From: an uncultured virus (IMG/VR IMGVR_UViG_3300046796_000566)
Taxonomy: Duplodnaviria > Heunggongvirae > Uroviricota > Caudoviricetes
Reading direction: 5' to 3' (one strand)
Virus record (IMG/VR): IMGVR_UViG_3300046796_000566
Length of the DNA stretch: 64,000 nucleotides
Of this stretch, positions 53,188-63,804 are shown piece by piece (position 1 is the stretch's first letter; every line of letters starts with the position of its first letter). The translations under genes were made by a program, and so were the position numbers. The notes under the pieces were generated by a model that did no database searches, was not told the DNA's origin, and saw nothing but the letters and a program-made list of their open reading frames with translations.

Positions 53188-56100
53188 TAGCCCTGGACCA
53201 TCGCATAGTCGCTAAATAGACGCAGCTCGGAGTAAGGACTGTCGCTTCCCCAGTTCTTTACCTGGAAGAAAGAATCTCGCGGATCCAATCGGAACGGCGT
53301 GGTTCCATCCGATGTGGCCAGGCGAATCTTGTACAGCTTTCCCTTATATACCGGCACGCGAAATACTGTCTGGACGTAAGCTCCCCCGGAGTTCGTAATC
53401 GTCAGCGTGGGCTGCGCGACTCCATCGATGGTCACGATCAGGCTCAGGTCCACGGTCGAAACATGCGTCACCTTGCAGAGACCGAAGTGCTTGAAGTCTT
53501 CCATTCCAAATGTGGTCGGGGAGATTTCCCACGACAGCGCCGAGATCGGCGCGGACTCAAACGTCCACCGTGGCTCCCAGATATAAAAGATGGGCCGCGA
53601 GGAGGTGGACACCGAGGCCGTCAATGTCAGTCCAATATTTCGCGCCGTGTTCCATGCGGAGCTGGTTGGAATTGGAGTTTGCAGGCGCGATGCGGTCGTT
53701 ACCGATACCGGCGTTCCCGAAGTGGCCGCGTTGTTGAATGTCGGCGTTGCCGTCACGGTCACACTCGCTGTGTTGGCATCGAGCATGATATCGCCGTAGA
53801 GTTTGTTCTGCCGTGGGTCACCTTGATCGGTCGATGGCGTCGTGATGGCGATGGTGAACGCCGATCCCGCATCCGAGACTCCAGAGTACTGGTAAAGATG
53901 CGTGCTGCTGGTGGTACCGACTAACAGCGAATGAACTCCGGAGCCTTCTTCTCCGTAATGGAATTGAGCCGTCGGCGTATAGTTATCCCAGAACCATGAT
54001 GTCCCGCCTTGGCCCAGATCAAAGGCCAGCACCAGCGTGGCTTGGGATACCGCTCCACCGGACACAGCCGCATAGTCGAAGTACAAGAACTCGTCGTAGT
54101 AGCACAGTCTCAGGTTCGCCGCCTGAGCGGAGACAATGTTGGGCGCAGCAACGCCGTTGGTATGATTGCCGAGGTTTCCTTCGTTCGGGAATAGAGGGTA
54201 GAGATCATCATCGGTCAGCGACTTTGGAGATCCTCCAGTCGTGATGTAGATTCCATCCTTGCCGAGAAATGAGATTGCCGGTGCCGGTTCCCGCGTCAAT
54301 GCCCAGCGAGCGAACAGGCCCTTCCCGTTGGGAATGATCTGGCTGATATAGGGATGCTGCGGATCATTGTTGGGCAAGATCTGGATGAAGTTATCGGAGC
54401 TGAACACGTAAACACGGATGTTATATTCCAGCCCATTCATCAACGGTTCAGACGGAGACGTCACGTCCAGGTAATTGGTCGATGTCGTGGTCTCCGAGTT
54501 TGGATTGCTGTAGTACAGCCGTCCGGGGTTGGTGGAGTCTCCGCAGGCAAAAAAGATATTGTTGCTCTCCCACAAACACGGCAGCGGCTGTGCCAGGATC
54601 GTCGGCTGGTCGATTCTCCATACCACCGAGGTCTGCGATCCTGCGTTCTCCACGATCTCCAGCCGCGATGTCGAAATCACGCGATAGATGTGGTAGGGCT
54701 GGTTGTTGACGAGGATCAGTGTTCCCTGCGCCCATGAGGTATTGAACGTGGTGCCCGAATCATTGATCGTGGTTCCCGAGACTGTTCCTGTCGTGCCAGT
54801 GACGGGGGTTCCAATGATCGGCCATGGCTGTGCATTATTGTTGGACTGGATGGGCTGGCCCACCACCACGTCATCTGGATAGATATCGGCAAAAGATGGC
54901 GATGCAGCGTTCGCGATGGTTCCAACGTAATGCCAGTCGGGGACTTCTCCGCCAAATCGATCAATGTCGATCACAAAGTCCGTGGTCGACAATGACGTTC
55001 CTGATGGAGCCGCATATTGCGTCGGAGACACGGTGACCGACTGCCGGTTGGCCAGCACGGGATATCGCGTGGCTGGAGAGAAATTCGAAGCCACATTGGT
55101 TGCCGGGTTTCGTGCGCGATAACGATAGAAGTAGGGAGATGCCGTGACCGAATAGCTGTTGGGTCCATACCCGCCACCAATCCACCACGCGCAGATATCG
55201 ACGTTGATGCTGCCGGTGGCAAGCACGACCAACTGAACTGTTGCCACATTGGCCAGTGAACGACTCTTGTCGGTTCCCACGCGAACCAGTGAGGACAGCG
55301 GAAAGGTGATCTCTACGAATTGAGAAGCTCCCGAATCCAGCTGCGCGGAGATGGCGCTGTTGATCTGGGCGAGCGTGGTCTGCTCGCTGGCGACGGTAGC
55401 CTTCTGGGTATTGAAATAATCCACGGCCCTTTGGATAATCGGCTTCGATGGCTCGAATTCATTGGGGACGCCTTTATAGGGGCTGACCGGAGTATCGACG
55501 ATGATGCGCTCCATCAGGTCCTGCCGCGTGGCCAACAACGATTGCAGGTTCGATACCGATGGGGTCAGGTCTGAGGCCCGCATCGAATAGGTGTAGAAAT
55601 TCTGCGTGAAGGTATTGACGGAGGAATCCACATCGAGCTGGACCTTCAATTCCGTGAGAAGCGTCTGGTCCGACACTCTCAAGGATACATGCATCAGGTC
55701 TTCCGGCTTTGCCGAGACCGTGCTACCAACAATGGTCAGGTCCAGCGCTGCGGTCTTGGTCAATGTTCCCGTGCCGGTGGTTACAGCGGTTCGAAGGGCG
55801 CTTTCGGTCAGCGTGTTGGTGGCTGCCCGCGTCCCGGTAAAGTAGGCGCGGAATGTGGGCAAGACCTGGACATTATCCCCGGCAACCCATGTTCCGGTGG
55901 TCGACACGCGCAAGGATATGGACCCGTCTGGACCGGGGATTGCTGCAACAATACGGACCGTCTCGTTGGCGGCTCCCGTGTTGAGAACCAGGACGTCGGC
56001 GGCAGCTTCTGGGAATGAGGTCGCCAGGACAACAGAAGCCAGTCCCGTTGTTCCGGAATCATAGATGACCGAAGCCACGGTTGTGGAAGCAGTGCCCGGG

Positions 56101-56807
56101 TAGACGGCCTGAACCGTGAATGTCTCAGCCGCTGCGACAATCATTCTCATTCCCGGCCCAATGCCGACAGATGCCACCGGGGACACCGATGCCCATCCGG
56201 TCGTGCCCGTGTCATAAACGATTTTCGAAATGGTCGTGTTGACCCTCGATGTCGTCGATGGCGCACCGGCAGTTCCTCCCTGGGTCCATCCCGTGGTGGC
56301 TTGGAAGCTGTCGATCTCTTTATAGAGCGGAACCGTTGTCAGGCCAACAGCGGGAGCGGTTGCCGGTTCAGGCAGCCCAATGGTATGCAGCGCCCCGGCG
56401 GAGGATACCTTGCGCATTCGGGAGCGGTCCGCGACATACATGAATGCGGCAGGAGATGCATCCGGCTTCCACGGTACCAAGGCCAGCGGGTCTCCAGAAT
56501 ATCCCGAGTCCAGATCCGTGAAGCTGCCCTGTCCATAAGCCAGATGTGTTCCAGCTCCCACCACGCGGGTGAATGTGGAGTTGGCCGGATCGTTCAGCCG
56601 TCGGCAGGAATGAACCGGAGTTTGTCCGGCAACCACCTGCGCAATATCGGTGAGTCCAAAACGCGGCTCGATCTGTCCGGCAGTATAGCTTCGGACATTT
56701 TTCAACAATGGAAATTTGTTCTGCTTGACCGAGTCTACAGGCCGGTTCAAATCGACCCCGGTGCAGTCCAACCGATGCGTATCGCGTTCGTATTTTGTTT
56801 CCGGCAT
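53187..56807 (-). CDS. Tail nozzle (T7 gp12 / P22 gp10-like) with inserted beta domains
   Basis: 1206 aa; GVDLNRP N-terminus; RLYYSNP; FLGKDGIY; after adaptors. Confidence 0.7.
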   Translation of the reverse strand: MPETKYERDTHRLDCTGVDLNRPVDSVKQNKFPLLKNVRSYTAGQIEPRFGLTDIAQVVAGQTPVHSCRRLNDPANSTFTRVVGAGTHLAYGQGSFTDLDSGYSGDPLALVPWKPDASPAAFMYVADRSRMRKVSSAGALHTIGLPEPATAPAVGLTTVPLYKEIDSFQATTGWTQGGTAGAPSTTSRVNTTISKIVYDTGTTGWASVSPVASVGIGPGMRMIVAAAETFTVQAVYPGTASTTVASVIYDSGTTGLASVVLATSFPEAAADVLVLNTGAANETVRIVAAIPGPDGSISLRVSTTGTWVAGDNVQVLPTFRAYFTGTRAATNTLTESALRTAVTTGTGTLTKTAALDLTIVGSTVSAKPEDLMHVSLRVSDQTLLTELKVQLDVDSSVNTFTQNFYTYSMRASDLTPSVSNLQSLLATRQDLMERIIVDTPVSPYKGVPNEFEPSKPIIQRAVDYFNTQKATVASEQTTLAQINSAISAQLDSGASQFVEITFPLSSLVRVGTDKSRSLANVATVQLVVLATGSINVDICAWWIGGGYGPNSYSVTASPYFYRYRARNPATNVASNFSPATRYPVLANRQSVTVSPTQYAAPSGTSLSTTDFVIDIDRFGGEVPDWHYVGTIANAASPSFADIYPDDVVVGQPIQSNNNAQPWPIIGTPVTGTTGTVSGTTINDSGTTFNTSWAQGTLILVNNQPYHIYRVISTSRLEIVENAGSQTSVVWRIDQPTILAQPLPCLWESNNIFFACGDSTNPGRLYYSNPNSETTTSTNYLDVTSPSEPLMNGLEYNIRVYVFSSDNFIQILPNNDPQHPYISQIIPNGKGLFARWALTREPAPAISFLGKDGIYITTGGSPKSLTDDDLYPLFPNEGNLGNHTNGVAAPNIVSAQAANLRLCYYDEFLYFDYAAVSGGAVSQATLVLAFDLGQGGTSWFWDNYTPTAQFHYGEEGSGVHSLLVGTTSSTHLYQYSGVSDAGSAFTIAITTPSTDQGDPRQNKLYGDIMLDANTASVTVTATPTFNNAATSGTPVSVTTASRLQTPIPTSSAWNTARNIGLTLTASVSTSSRPIFYIWEPRWTFESAPISALSWEISPTTFGMEDFKHFGLCKVTHVSTVDLSLIVTIDGVAQPTLTITNSGGAYVQTVFRVPVYKGKLYKIRLATSDGTTPFRLDPRDSFFQVKNWGSDSPYSELRLFSDYAMVQG

Positions 56808-58196
56808 TTATACGTCTCCCACCGTCACTGCGCCCACGCCAAAGGTTCGCTTCAACCATGCATCCACACGGCGCGGAACACCTTCCTTCTGGCGCTCGGA
56901 TTGAAGCGCGGACGACATGGCCGCACGCACCGATGCCGATATCCTCTGGTTGTAGGTGATCGACTGCAGCAGGAAATTCTCTGCCTGCCGCTCGCTGGCA
57001 TGCCATTCCCCACCGGCACACTTAAACAGCGCCAGGTGCTCGGCATAATCGATGATCATATCCAGCTGTTCTCTTCCCGCCTGCACGTATGAGGCTCCAG
57101 ATGCCGGTATGGGTGCAGAGCGTATGACATCGAGGGCCACCGAATGCGACGTGGATGGAACTGCTGCCAGCCCCACCAGGTTTGGTGCGGCCAATACAAG
57201 GTCCATGACCGGCTGCAGGACACTGGAGGAGATGTTCTGCCAGTTTGGAGATGCCGCATCCATTTCGGCCAGCGTGGATGGGATCAACGGAAGCCCATCG
57301 ATTTCCCCGTGAAGTACAACCGGTAGCATCCGGGCCATCTGTACATACTGCTGGTAGCGCTTCTCACAGAAGTCCGCCCGAATCGGATCCGCTGCCAATC
57401 CATCCTTGCCCAGCAGGTCGGCCAGTGCTCCCCACTTGATGGCAGGAGAGAGATTGTCCGGAATTCCAAGAACCGTGGCTGTATTGGCCGGATCCAGGGC
57501 CTTGCTATCCACGGTCAACAGCTCCATGCGGCCCGATGCCGCCGGGGGCGGAAACAGCTGGATCTCGAGTGGTGGGGCCGCCATGATGGAATACTCATTC
57601 GGTATCCCGGGAGTGGTCGACCATGCGGTTGAAGATGCCGTCATCAACCGTTCATCATCCCTCCACATCCGGCTGTAGTAACTCTCCGGGGCAGCTCCGA
57701 TCCATGCTGCACGGCGCACATCGATGGTGGACTGCGCCAAGACCTCGCGTCCAATCTGCGGCGATGAGCTGGTGACAAGAGACCGGTTGACCACCACCCC
57801 GGTATCGGACATGAACTGGTTCAGCCGATTCTGAACAGCGGCGGAGACATCGGCATAGGTGAACATCTCCGTGCCGGTCCATGCGGTCTGGCTGGAGGCC
57901 GATTCCAGCAATGCAAACTGGATCTGCTGAATGATGTCCCGGTCGGTCACCGTGGGCGAGAGAATCAGCCCGGAGCTGCTGGAAAGAAGCGACTGGATGT
58001 CATAGAACGCCGTAGCGGCTGTGGTTGAGAACACTCCGCGCTCGCGCCAGAACCCGGAGGCCAGCGCAAACGTGCGCAGCGCTTCAATGAGATAAAGCGG
58101 AATCTCGGTCGAGGTCCAGAAGGCCTGGGTGACATCGCCCAGCCGCGTCGATAACTGGGTCTGGAGCTGTGTCCATGTCGTGTGTTGATATGCCAT
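56808..58196 (-). CDS. Head-tail adaptor-like protein, apparently with duplicated domains
   Basis: TQLSTRLGD...FWTSTEI; IQLFPPP; AIKWGALA; IIDYAEHLA. Confidence 0.6.
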   Translation of the reverse strand: MAYQHTTWTQLQTQLSTRLGDVTQAFWTSTEIPLYLIEALRTFALASGFWRERGVFSTTAATAFYDIQSLLSSSSGLILSPTVTDRDIIQQIQFALLESASSQTAWTGTEMFTYADVSAAVQNRLNQFMSDTGVVVNRSLVTSSSPQIGREVLAQSTIDVRRAAWIGAAPESYYSRMWRDDERLMTASSTAWSTTPGIPNEYSIMAAPPLEIQLFPPPAASGRMELLTVDSKALDPANTATVLGIPDNLSPAIKWGALADLLGKDGLAADPIRADFCEKRYQQYVQMARMLPVVLHGEIDGLPLIPSTLAEMDAASPNWQNISSSVLQPVMDLVLAAPNLVGLAAVPSTSHSVALDVIRSAPIPASGASYVQAGREQLDMIIDYAEHLALFKCAGGEWHASERQAENFLLQSITYNQRISASVRAAMSSALQSERQKEGVPRRVDAWLKRTFGVGAVTVGDV

Positions 58197-58207
58197 ACCG
58201 CTTCACT

Positions 58208-58690
58208 TTACTTGCCTGCGACGGTCCAGACCGTGCCATTAAAGAAGGCGAGCACCTTATTGGTAGAGCTGCCTGCAATGGTTGCACCCCAGACAATGGT
58301 GTTGCTGTCGGTCACCGTTGCCAGCATCCCCAGAACCCCGGTGGGAAGGTTGGCGAATATCACCGGTAGTAAGGCGTCGAAGGCTTGCACGTCTCCAATG
58401 GTGAATGGAGTTGCAATCCCTCCGCCGGAGAACACAATGTCATAGCGTCCATTGGCCACATAAAAGAACCACGTCCCATCGGATCCGGCGGTGAATGGAT
58501 TGGCCTTGGATGTGGGCGCAGTAAGGTTATCGGAGAAGATGGTCGACAGCGTGACCCCATCTCCTGCTGGATGAACCGTTACCGTGCAGGATGGGAACGA
58601 GCCCTGAGTTTTATTCGAGCTCGTGTTCCCGGTTCCTGCAATGGCAACAATCGTATTACCTTGTTCGCAAAACCCAGCAACCTTCTGCAT
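58208..58690 (-). CDS. Head-binding / fibre-like structural protein
   Basis: STIFSDN...ANPFTAGSDG.WFFYVANGRYDI. Confidence 0.6.
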   Translation of the reverse strand: MQKVAGFCEQGNTIVAIAGTGNTSSNKTQGSFPSCTVTVHPAGDGVTLSTIFSDNLTAPTSKANPFTAGSDGTWFFYVANGRYDIVFSGGGIATPFTIGDVQAFDALLPVIFANLPTGVLGMLATVTDSNTIVWGATIAGSSTNKVLAFFNGTVWTVAGK

Positions 58691-58693
58691 GGA

Positions 58694-58894
58694 TTAGAAC
58701 TGGTCGGACTCTCCCGATGGAGCAGGGACCGATCCGTCCATGACCTTCTCCGGGACGGCATTGGGGGACTTGGTTCGACGGAATTCGGAGAATCCGGGAC
58801 AGTCATCCCCATCATAAGTTCCCGGGCCGCCCTTGTATCCCGCCGGTGTCTTGACGAACTCTGCGCTCATCGGTGTATCTACAAAATCAGACAT
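58694..58894 (-). CDS. Small hypothetical protein
   Basis: AAAGGAG RBS; 66 aa. Confidence 0.6.
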   Translation of the reverse strand: MSDFVDTPMSAEFVKTPAGYKGGPGTYDGDDCPGFSEFRRTKSPNAVPEKVMDGSVPAPSGESDQF

Positions 58895-58906
58895 AGTCGT
58901 TCTCCT

Positions 58907-60133
58907 TTAAATCGCGTGGCTCTGAAGCCATGCCGCATCTCCAAGCGGTGTCGCAAAGCCCCACAGCATGCTCGGGTACGCATAGGCAAAATCCTGTTGC
59001 CAGACATTGTCGTCCTGGACTTCCAATAGCTGGATCTGGCCTTGAACCTTCCTCTCATGATATGCGGCATTTGTCACGGAAAAGTAGGGATTGGGCTTGT
59101 CCGGCGATGCCCCAGGCCAGGTACAAACCTCCGCCATGGCCATGTCGACGAGCACGTCTCCACGGATGTAGCGCGGCAACACCGCGTTGACATCATCCAG
59201 GTCCTTTGCCCGCATTTCGTAGAGGAATGGGTATACATGCTGGGCCTGCTGGTGGGGCCAGATCTCGTAAAACGGCAGGCCAGCATTCGATATCGCCGTA
59301 CAGTTGACGATGAAGATATTCCCAATCGTATAGGTCTGCCCGGTTGGGAAGGACACAGAAACCCCATCCATCAAACTCTGGGCAGCCCCTAAGGAATCGG
59401 TTGTAACGCCAGTGGTATAGCTTCCACTGTTTTTCTTCCATTTGAACACCGCCGTTCCCGATGCGCCGGTCGTGGTGATTTCAATCGTGAATGTCGCGTC
59501 CGATGGTCCTGAAAAGACCCCTCCGGTAACCGGAACGGACCCAGACCCGGACACGGTCAGTGGCTGGCTTACAACGCCAACCTGCGACGACGTATACCCA
59601 CGGAATGAGACCACAAAGGCGTTGCCGGTATTGGACCGTTGGGCATCCCATATGTTGATTTCCTTCTGGTCGATGTCGAGCATCAGCTGCCAGTTGAACG
59701 ATGGATCCCAGACCGTTATGAACTGATGGAAATCGTCAGGAGGCGTGAAATAACACTGATAAATCGCATAAGACGAGCCAGTCGCGGTAGGCCCGCCAAA
59801 CGGAGTATCCAGGTCCATGGAAGTCGCCGAATTGAAAGTTGCAATCGTATAAATCGGTGAAGCCAGTCCGGTCCGGAACTGCCGCCCAACCATAGACGCA
59901 GTCCAGACCGTACTGGTCCCGGTCACTGTCGTCGACCCGTTGGTCACGGCAATGGTTCCGGTCGAGTAAACCTGTGGAGCAATGAACTGGCTGAACTTCA
60001 CCATCCAGCTCCATCGGCGCATCTCTGCAAGCCGACGAAAAGCATTGACGATGAAGTCCTGCGCCAGCTTCGGTGGAAGCATCGGGCAGCGGAGCATGAC
60101 CTTACCCCAGCAATCTGCGTAAGTATCCAGCAC
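58907..60133 (-). CDS. Head-tail adaptor-like protein with inserted Thr/Gly beta domains
   Basis: FIVNAFRRL...RWSW; YSTGTIAVTNGSTTVTG insert; PDDF; YEIWP. Confidence 0.65.
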   Translation of the reverse strand: MLDTYADCWGKVMLRCPMLPPKLAQDFIVNAFRRLAEMRRWSWMVKFSQFIAPQVYSTGTIAVTNGSTTVTGTSTVWTASMVGRQFRTGLASPIYTIATFNSATSMDLDTPFGGPTATGSSYAIYQCYFTPPDDFHQFITVWDPSFNWQLMLDIDQKEINIWDAQRSNTGNAFVVSFRGYTSSQVGVVSQPLTVSGSGSVPVTGGVFSGPSDATFTIEITTTGASGTAVFKWKKNSGSYTTGVTTDSLGAAQSLMDGVSVSFPTGQTYTIGNIFIVNCTAISNAGLPFYEIWPHQQAQHVYPFLYEMRAKDLDDVNAVLPRYIRGDVLVDMAMAEVCTWPGASPDKPNPYFSVTNAAYHERKVQGQIQLLEVQDDNVWQQDFAYAYPSMLWGFATPLGDAAWLQSHAI

Positions 60134-60154
60134 CGCCGCCCTCCTTGTTGCGAA

Positions 60155-60403
60155 TTACAGACCCGACACGCTGCCGTAAAATGTCACCGCGCCACCGGAG
60201 GCGAGAGTGATGACATTCCCGGATACGGCGAACCCGTAGCTGGCATTGGTAATCGGCGTAAGCGAGATCTCCCAGACGGTCTTGATTCCCGGCACCGCCC
60301 ATGTGTCTCCGTTGGCTGCAAAGGCAACCGATGTTGCGGTGACCTGACGAAGATCCCCATTCAGCCGGTTCTGCTTTCGTCCTGTGACTGTTGCTGCTGG
60401 CAT
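60155..60403 (-). CDS. Small structural protein
   Basis: 82 aa; beta-rich; GGGAGG RBS. Confidence 0.6.
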   Translation of the reverse strand: MPAATVTGRKQNRLNGDLRQVTATSVAFAANGDTWAVPGIKTVWEISLTPITNASYGFAVSGNVITLASGGAVTFYGSVSGL

Positions 60404-60412
60404 AAGCCTCCC

Positions 60413-60991
60413 TTACTGCACCATCGGAATATCGACATCGCACGGGGTCACGTTCGCCACGTTGATACCACGCACTTTACCGATAGACATGACCGTGATC
60501 TGAGTTCCGGCGGCCACGGTTGCAGCCTGCGCTGCGGTTGCCGAGGTGTCTCCCACCAGGTTGTCTCCGACTGCCGGAGATCCGGTGGTCTTCACCGAGA
60601 TGTTCTGTCCGGCCTGCAGGACGTCGCAGTAGTTACCTGCGGTCACTGCCGAGCGGAAGATTCCCGCGATGAAGTTTCGGAACGCGTTGTTGGCTATCCC
60701 TGCACCACCCAGGGCCTGGGCCGAGTCATTGGTGACAAGATACTGGCTCTTGTCCTTCCAATATGCCAGCTGGTTGGCTGCAACGACTCCCGAAAGCGAC
60801 GATGCCGTGGCTCCCGAGTCCAGCTTCACGCGCTGGTAGGCGCGGTCCGGTGGAGTTCCCTGAAACCGGACTCCCAGGGATCCGGGCTGTCCGCCCATAC
60901 CCGTGAAATCGGTAATCGAGATGTTGGTCGTATCCGGGTTGCCCGTTGGGAGCCATACTGTTCCGGCGGACTGTCGATTTGAATCACTCAT
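60413..60991 (-). CDS. Capsid decoration (cement) protein
   Basis: Directly after MCP; AVTAGNYCDVL; SPAVGD. Confidence 0.65.
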   Translation of the reverse strand: MSDSNRQSAGTVWLPTGNPDTTNISITDFTGMGGQPGSLGVRFQGTPPDRAYQRVKLDSGATASSLSGVVAANQLAYWKDKSQYLVTNDSAQALGGAGIANNAFRNFIAGIFRSAVTAGNYCDVLQAGQNISVKTTGSPAVGDNLVGDTSATAAQAATVAAGTQITVMSIGKVRGINVANVTPCDVDIPMVQ

Positions 60992-61012
60992 TGATTTGCT
61001 CCTTTCTCGGGA

Positions 61013-62086
61013 TTAACCCGTGATCCCAAATAGCTGTTTGTGGAAACGTGGAGCAAACGTCATCGCATAGGCCAGAAGAACCTGTCCGGCGACCTTGGTG
61101 TTGCCCTGTGCTGGCTTGAATCCCGTGAACCCAAGCTGATACTCCGGGTCATCCGAGATGTACATGTTCATGTACGGCTTGCGCACATTGAGCATGAACA
61201 GGGTCTCGGATGTCAGTGTCGGGTATGCGGTCAGCGCACCACCGGACATGAACTTGAAGAAGTTGGTCGCGTTGGTGTCGCCAGTACCGGAGATGTAGGT
61301 TCCCGGCATGTAGCGGTCACGAAGCACGATGGCATCGTTGAACTTCATGCCATTGAATCCAATCTTCGGATCCTGGGTATCGTTGAAACGCTGCTGGGTC
61401 TGGAACTTCTCCTTGATGTAGGAGTATCCCAGGTAGGTCGTCACCAGATGCGTCGGCTCTTTCTGGGGACCGAAGGAACAGTTTCCGTACTGCTCTTCCA
61501 GTGTCGGGTACTCGATGGTTCCTCCGACGTTGAGCGGGATCGAGTTGATCGTTGTCCCGACCGCACCACCTCGAGTGATCGTGCCGTAGGTGGAATAGGT
61601 TGCCCCGTCCCAACCGTTGGTCGATCCATCGCTGAGCGCTTCCGCGAGCCCATTGATGTTCTTGGTGTAGTTGGCCGACTGGCCATTGAGCGGGATCGCG
61701 ATGTCGATGAACGCTCCCATGGTCATGTAGGCGTTGGTCATGCGGGACTGGATCAGCCGGAACGCCGCATTGTCGCCCTTGTTGATGACCTGGATGTCTT
61801 CCTTGGTCAGGGTGACGTTGACTTCCTGGAACTTGATGTTGAACTGAAGCTCCTGTTCAACCTGCGGCTCGGTGATATCGAAGTCCTGCCCCTTGGCATA
61901 AGGACCTCCAATCAATCCGCCGTAGTAGAAGTTTTCACCGATCAAACGACCACCGGTAAAATCTTCACGGACCGATGTTTTTGCCAGGGCTGACAATGCA
62001 GCTTCCTGAAACACCATGTCCACCAGCTTTGGTGTATTTCGAATATACCGCCGTGTCGCGGTATCAATCGCAGATAGTTCTGCCAT
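61013..62086 (-). CDS. Major capsid protein
   Basis: 357 aa after scaffold; KLVDMVF, INGLA, TYGTITR, PTHLVTT, QQRF, GFNGMKF. Confidence 0.85.
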   Translation of the reverse strand: MAELSAIDTATRRYIRNTPKLVDMVFQEAALSALAKTSVREDFTGGRLIGENFYYGGLIGGPYAKGQDFDITEPQVEQELQFNIKFQEVNVTLTKEDIQVINKGDNAAFRLIQSRMTNAYMTMGAFIDIAIPLNGQSANYTKNINGLAEALSDGSTNGWDGATYSTYGTITRGGAVGTTINSIPLNVGGTIEYPTLEEQYGNCSFGPQKEPTHLVTTYLGYSYIKEKFQTQQRFNDTQDPKIGFNGMKFNDAIVLRDRYMPGTYISGTGDTNATNFFKFMSGGALTAYPTLTSETLFMLNVRKPYMNMYISDDPEYQLGFTGFKPAQGNTKVAGQVLLAYAMTFAPRFHKQLFGITG

Positions 62087-62103
62087 TCTCTAAATCCTCT
62101 TGG

Positions 62104-62919
62104 TTAGGCAGGTTGTTTTTCAGTCAGGCCTTCAAAGAACGACGCCCGGGAATGTGCCTCCGCCTCGGACTCGTTCATCTTTTCGATCTTTACGTCCTTA
62201 TCAAACATGGGAGAAAACTGATTTGGCCGACTGTCCGACGGGATAACCTTGCGGGAGAAGCCATCGCGCAATCCTTCGTTGTAACGCTCCTCCATCTTCT
62301 TGTTCATCTCGGCTTCGCGAACTTTCTCCATCTCCGGACTGACAAACTTCTCGTACGCCAATCGGAGATCGCCACCCCATTCGGGGTGTTCCTTCCACTG
62401 CGATTCGAAAGTCTTCACGTCCAACGGCTTCTTGAAAGTCGTCATATGGTTCTCGCGGACCTCGATGTAATCCAGCGTGGCCTTGTCCCTGCGCCCGAAC
62501 TGGGCTTCGACTTCGGCCTTATACGCAAGCATCATCTTGTCGATATCTTCTTTGCTCAGCACGTTTCCACCTCCACGGTTGTTGTCCTTGAGAAAGTCCT
62601 TCTGCCCTTCGGCATCCAGCGGCCCATACTTGGCTTCATAGGCCTTCAGCTTGTCGATTCCGGCCACATACGTGTCGTACTTCTCAAGCTCGGTCTGGTG
62701 CCAGGTCTGGTACTCGGCATCTTTCTCTTCCTTTGCCTTGGTTCGCACCGCGTCCATGTCGTGCGAGTAATCCGGTAAAGGTTTGAATCGTTCCGTAAAG
62801 GTCTTGGCGAACTTTTCGTTTCCCAGCATCGCTTCCACCTGCTTGATTTCGTCTTCTCCAAGCCCAGCATCCACGGCCATTTGACGGTAGTACGCTTTGA
62901 TATCTGAAACTTTCGGCAT
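62104..62919 (-). CDS. Capsid scaffolding protein
   Basis: Highly charged and helical; DYS motif; precedes MCP. Confidence 0.75.
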   Translation of the reverse strand: MPKVSDIKAYYRQMAVDAGLGEDEIKQVEAMLGNEKFAKTFTERFKPLPDYSHDMDAVRTKAKEEKDAEYQTWHQTELEKYDTYVAGIDKLKAYEAKYGPLDAEGQKDFLKDNNRGGGNVLSKEDIDKMMLAYKAEVEAQFGRRDKATLDYIEVRENHMTTFKKPLDVKTFESQWKEHPEWGGDLRLAYEKFVSPEMEKVREAEMNKKMEERYNEGLRDGFSRKVIPSDSRPNQFSPMFDKDVKIEKMNESEAEAHSRASFFEGLTEKQPA

Positions 62920-62977
62920 GTCGTTCTCCCAATAGCCTGCCTGACGGCCCAGCTACCTGATGCGGACGGTTGAAAAA

Positions 62978-63367
62978 CTAAGCCTGCCCTGTCTGGACCT
63001 GCGGTGCTGCCGGTGGCGGGGTGGGTGCTCCACTTCCGCCTCCAAGCCCACTCCCACTGGATCCTGGAGAGCCGCCTGAAACCATGTCGGCCACCTGTTG
63101 AGGGATGACCGCTTCAAATCCCTGGATCATCTGTTGAATGCCTCCCGACAACATCGGGAGCTTGGATGCCAGCTTCAAAAGTTCCTGCCGTGTCTTGCCC
63201 CACTGCATCATCACGGCAATCGCCGGGTTGGTCAGGTCGATCCCGGAATCCTGCGGCGAATTATCCGATGCCATCGCCATCAGGCTTTTCCCCTGACGCG
63301 GTGGCTGCGGGGGCGCGGAGTCGAGCGCTCGGCCCTGCGATGTCTCCTGATTCATGCCGATGTCCAC
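62978..63367 (-). CDS. Pro/Gly/Gln-rich hypothetical protein
   Basis: GGAGG RBS with GTG start. Confidence 0.6.
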   Translation of the reverse strand: MDIGMNQETSQGRALDSAPPQPPRQGKSLMAMASDNSPQDSGIDLTNPAIAVMMQWGKTRQELLKLASKLPMLSGGIQQMIQGFEAVIPQQVADMVSGGSPGSSGSGLGGGSGAPTPPPAAPQVQTGQA

Positions 63368-63389
63368 TCGTTACCTCCGATAGACCAAC

Positions 63390-63433
63390 AAAAAGGGCTT
63401 CCACCCGGCTCGTCGACGAGTGAAAGCCCTTTT
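63390..63433. terminator. Bidirectional-looking intrinsic terminator
   Basis: AAAAGGGCTT.CAC / GTG.AAGCCCTTTT. Confidence 0.6.
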
Positions 63434-63499
63434 ACTGCTGTTGGCGATCTTTAAACCCCATGCCTGGGGTAGACCAGAATTGTTTCGAGAAGGGGCGGG

Positions 63500-63616
63500 C
63501 TACTTGCCCTTGAACCCCTTCTTCGGCGCGTTCATTGGAGTGACAACCATGCCGCCGTTTTTCCCTCCGCCCATGAATCCCTTGCCTGCGCCTTTGCCCT
63601 TCATTCCCTTTGCCAT
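63500..63616 (-). CDS. 38-aa Lys/Gly/Met-rich basic peptide (not in track)
   Basis: MAKGMKGKGAGKGFMGGGKNGGMVVTPMNAPKKGFKGK. Confidence 0.6.
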   Translation of the reverse strand: MAKGMKGKGAGKGFMGGGKNGGMVVTPMNAPKKGFKGK

Positions 63617-63618
63617 TT

Positions 63619-63804
63619 CTATCCCTTTCTAAAGCTCTTGCCGGACGATCCATATTTGGACTGTCCGGATTCCTTGAGACTGATGGCAATCGCCTGCTTT
63701 CGCGATTTCACCAGCGGTCCATTCTTTGAGCCGGAATGCAACGAGCCCACTTTGAACTTGTGCATCTCAGTCTCCATTCCTGCCTTCCCCGGAGCGACTG
63801 GCAT
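63619..63804 (-). CDS. DUF6496-like small basic protein
   Basis: MHKFKVGSLHSG...VKSRKQAIAISL. Confidence 0.8.
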   Translation of the reverse strand: MPVAPGKAGMETEMHKFKVGSLHSGSKNGPLVKSRKQAIAISLKESGQSKYGSSGKSFRKG

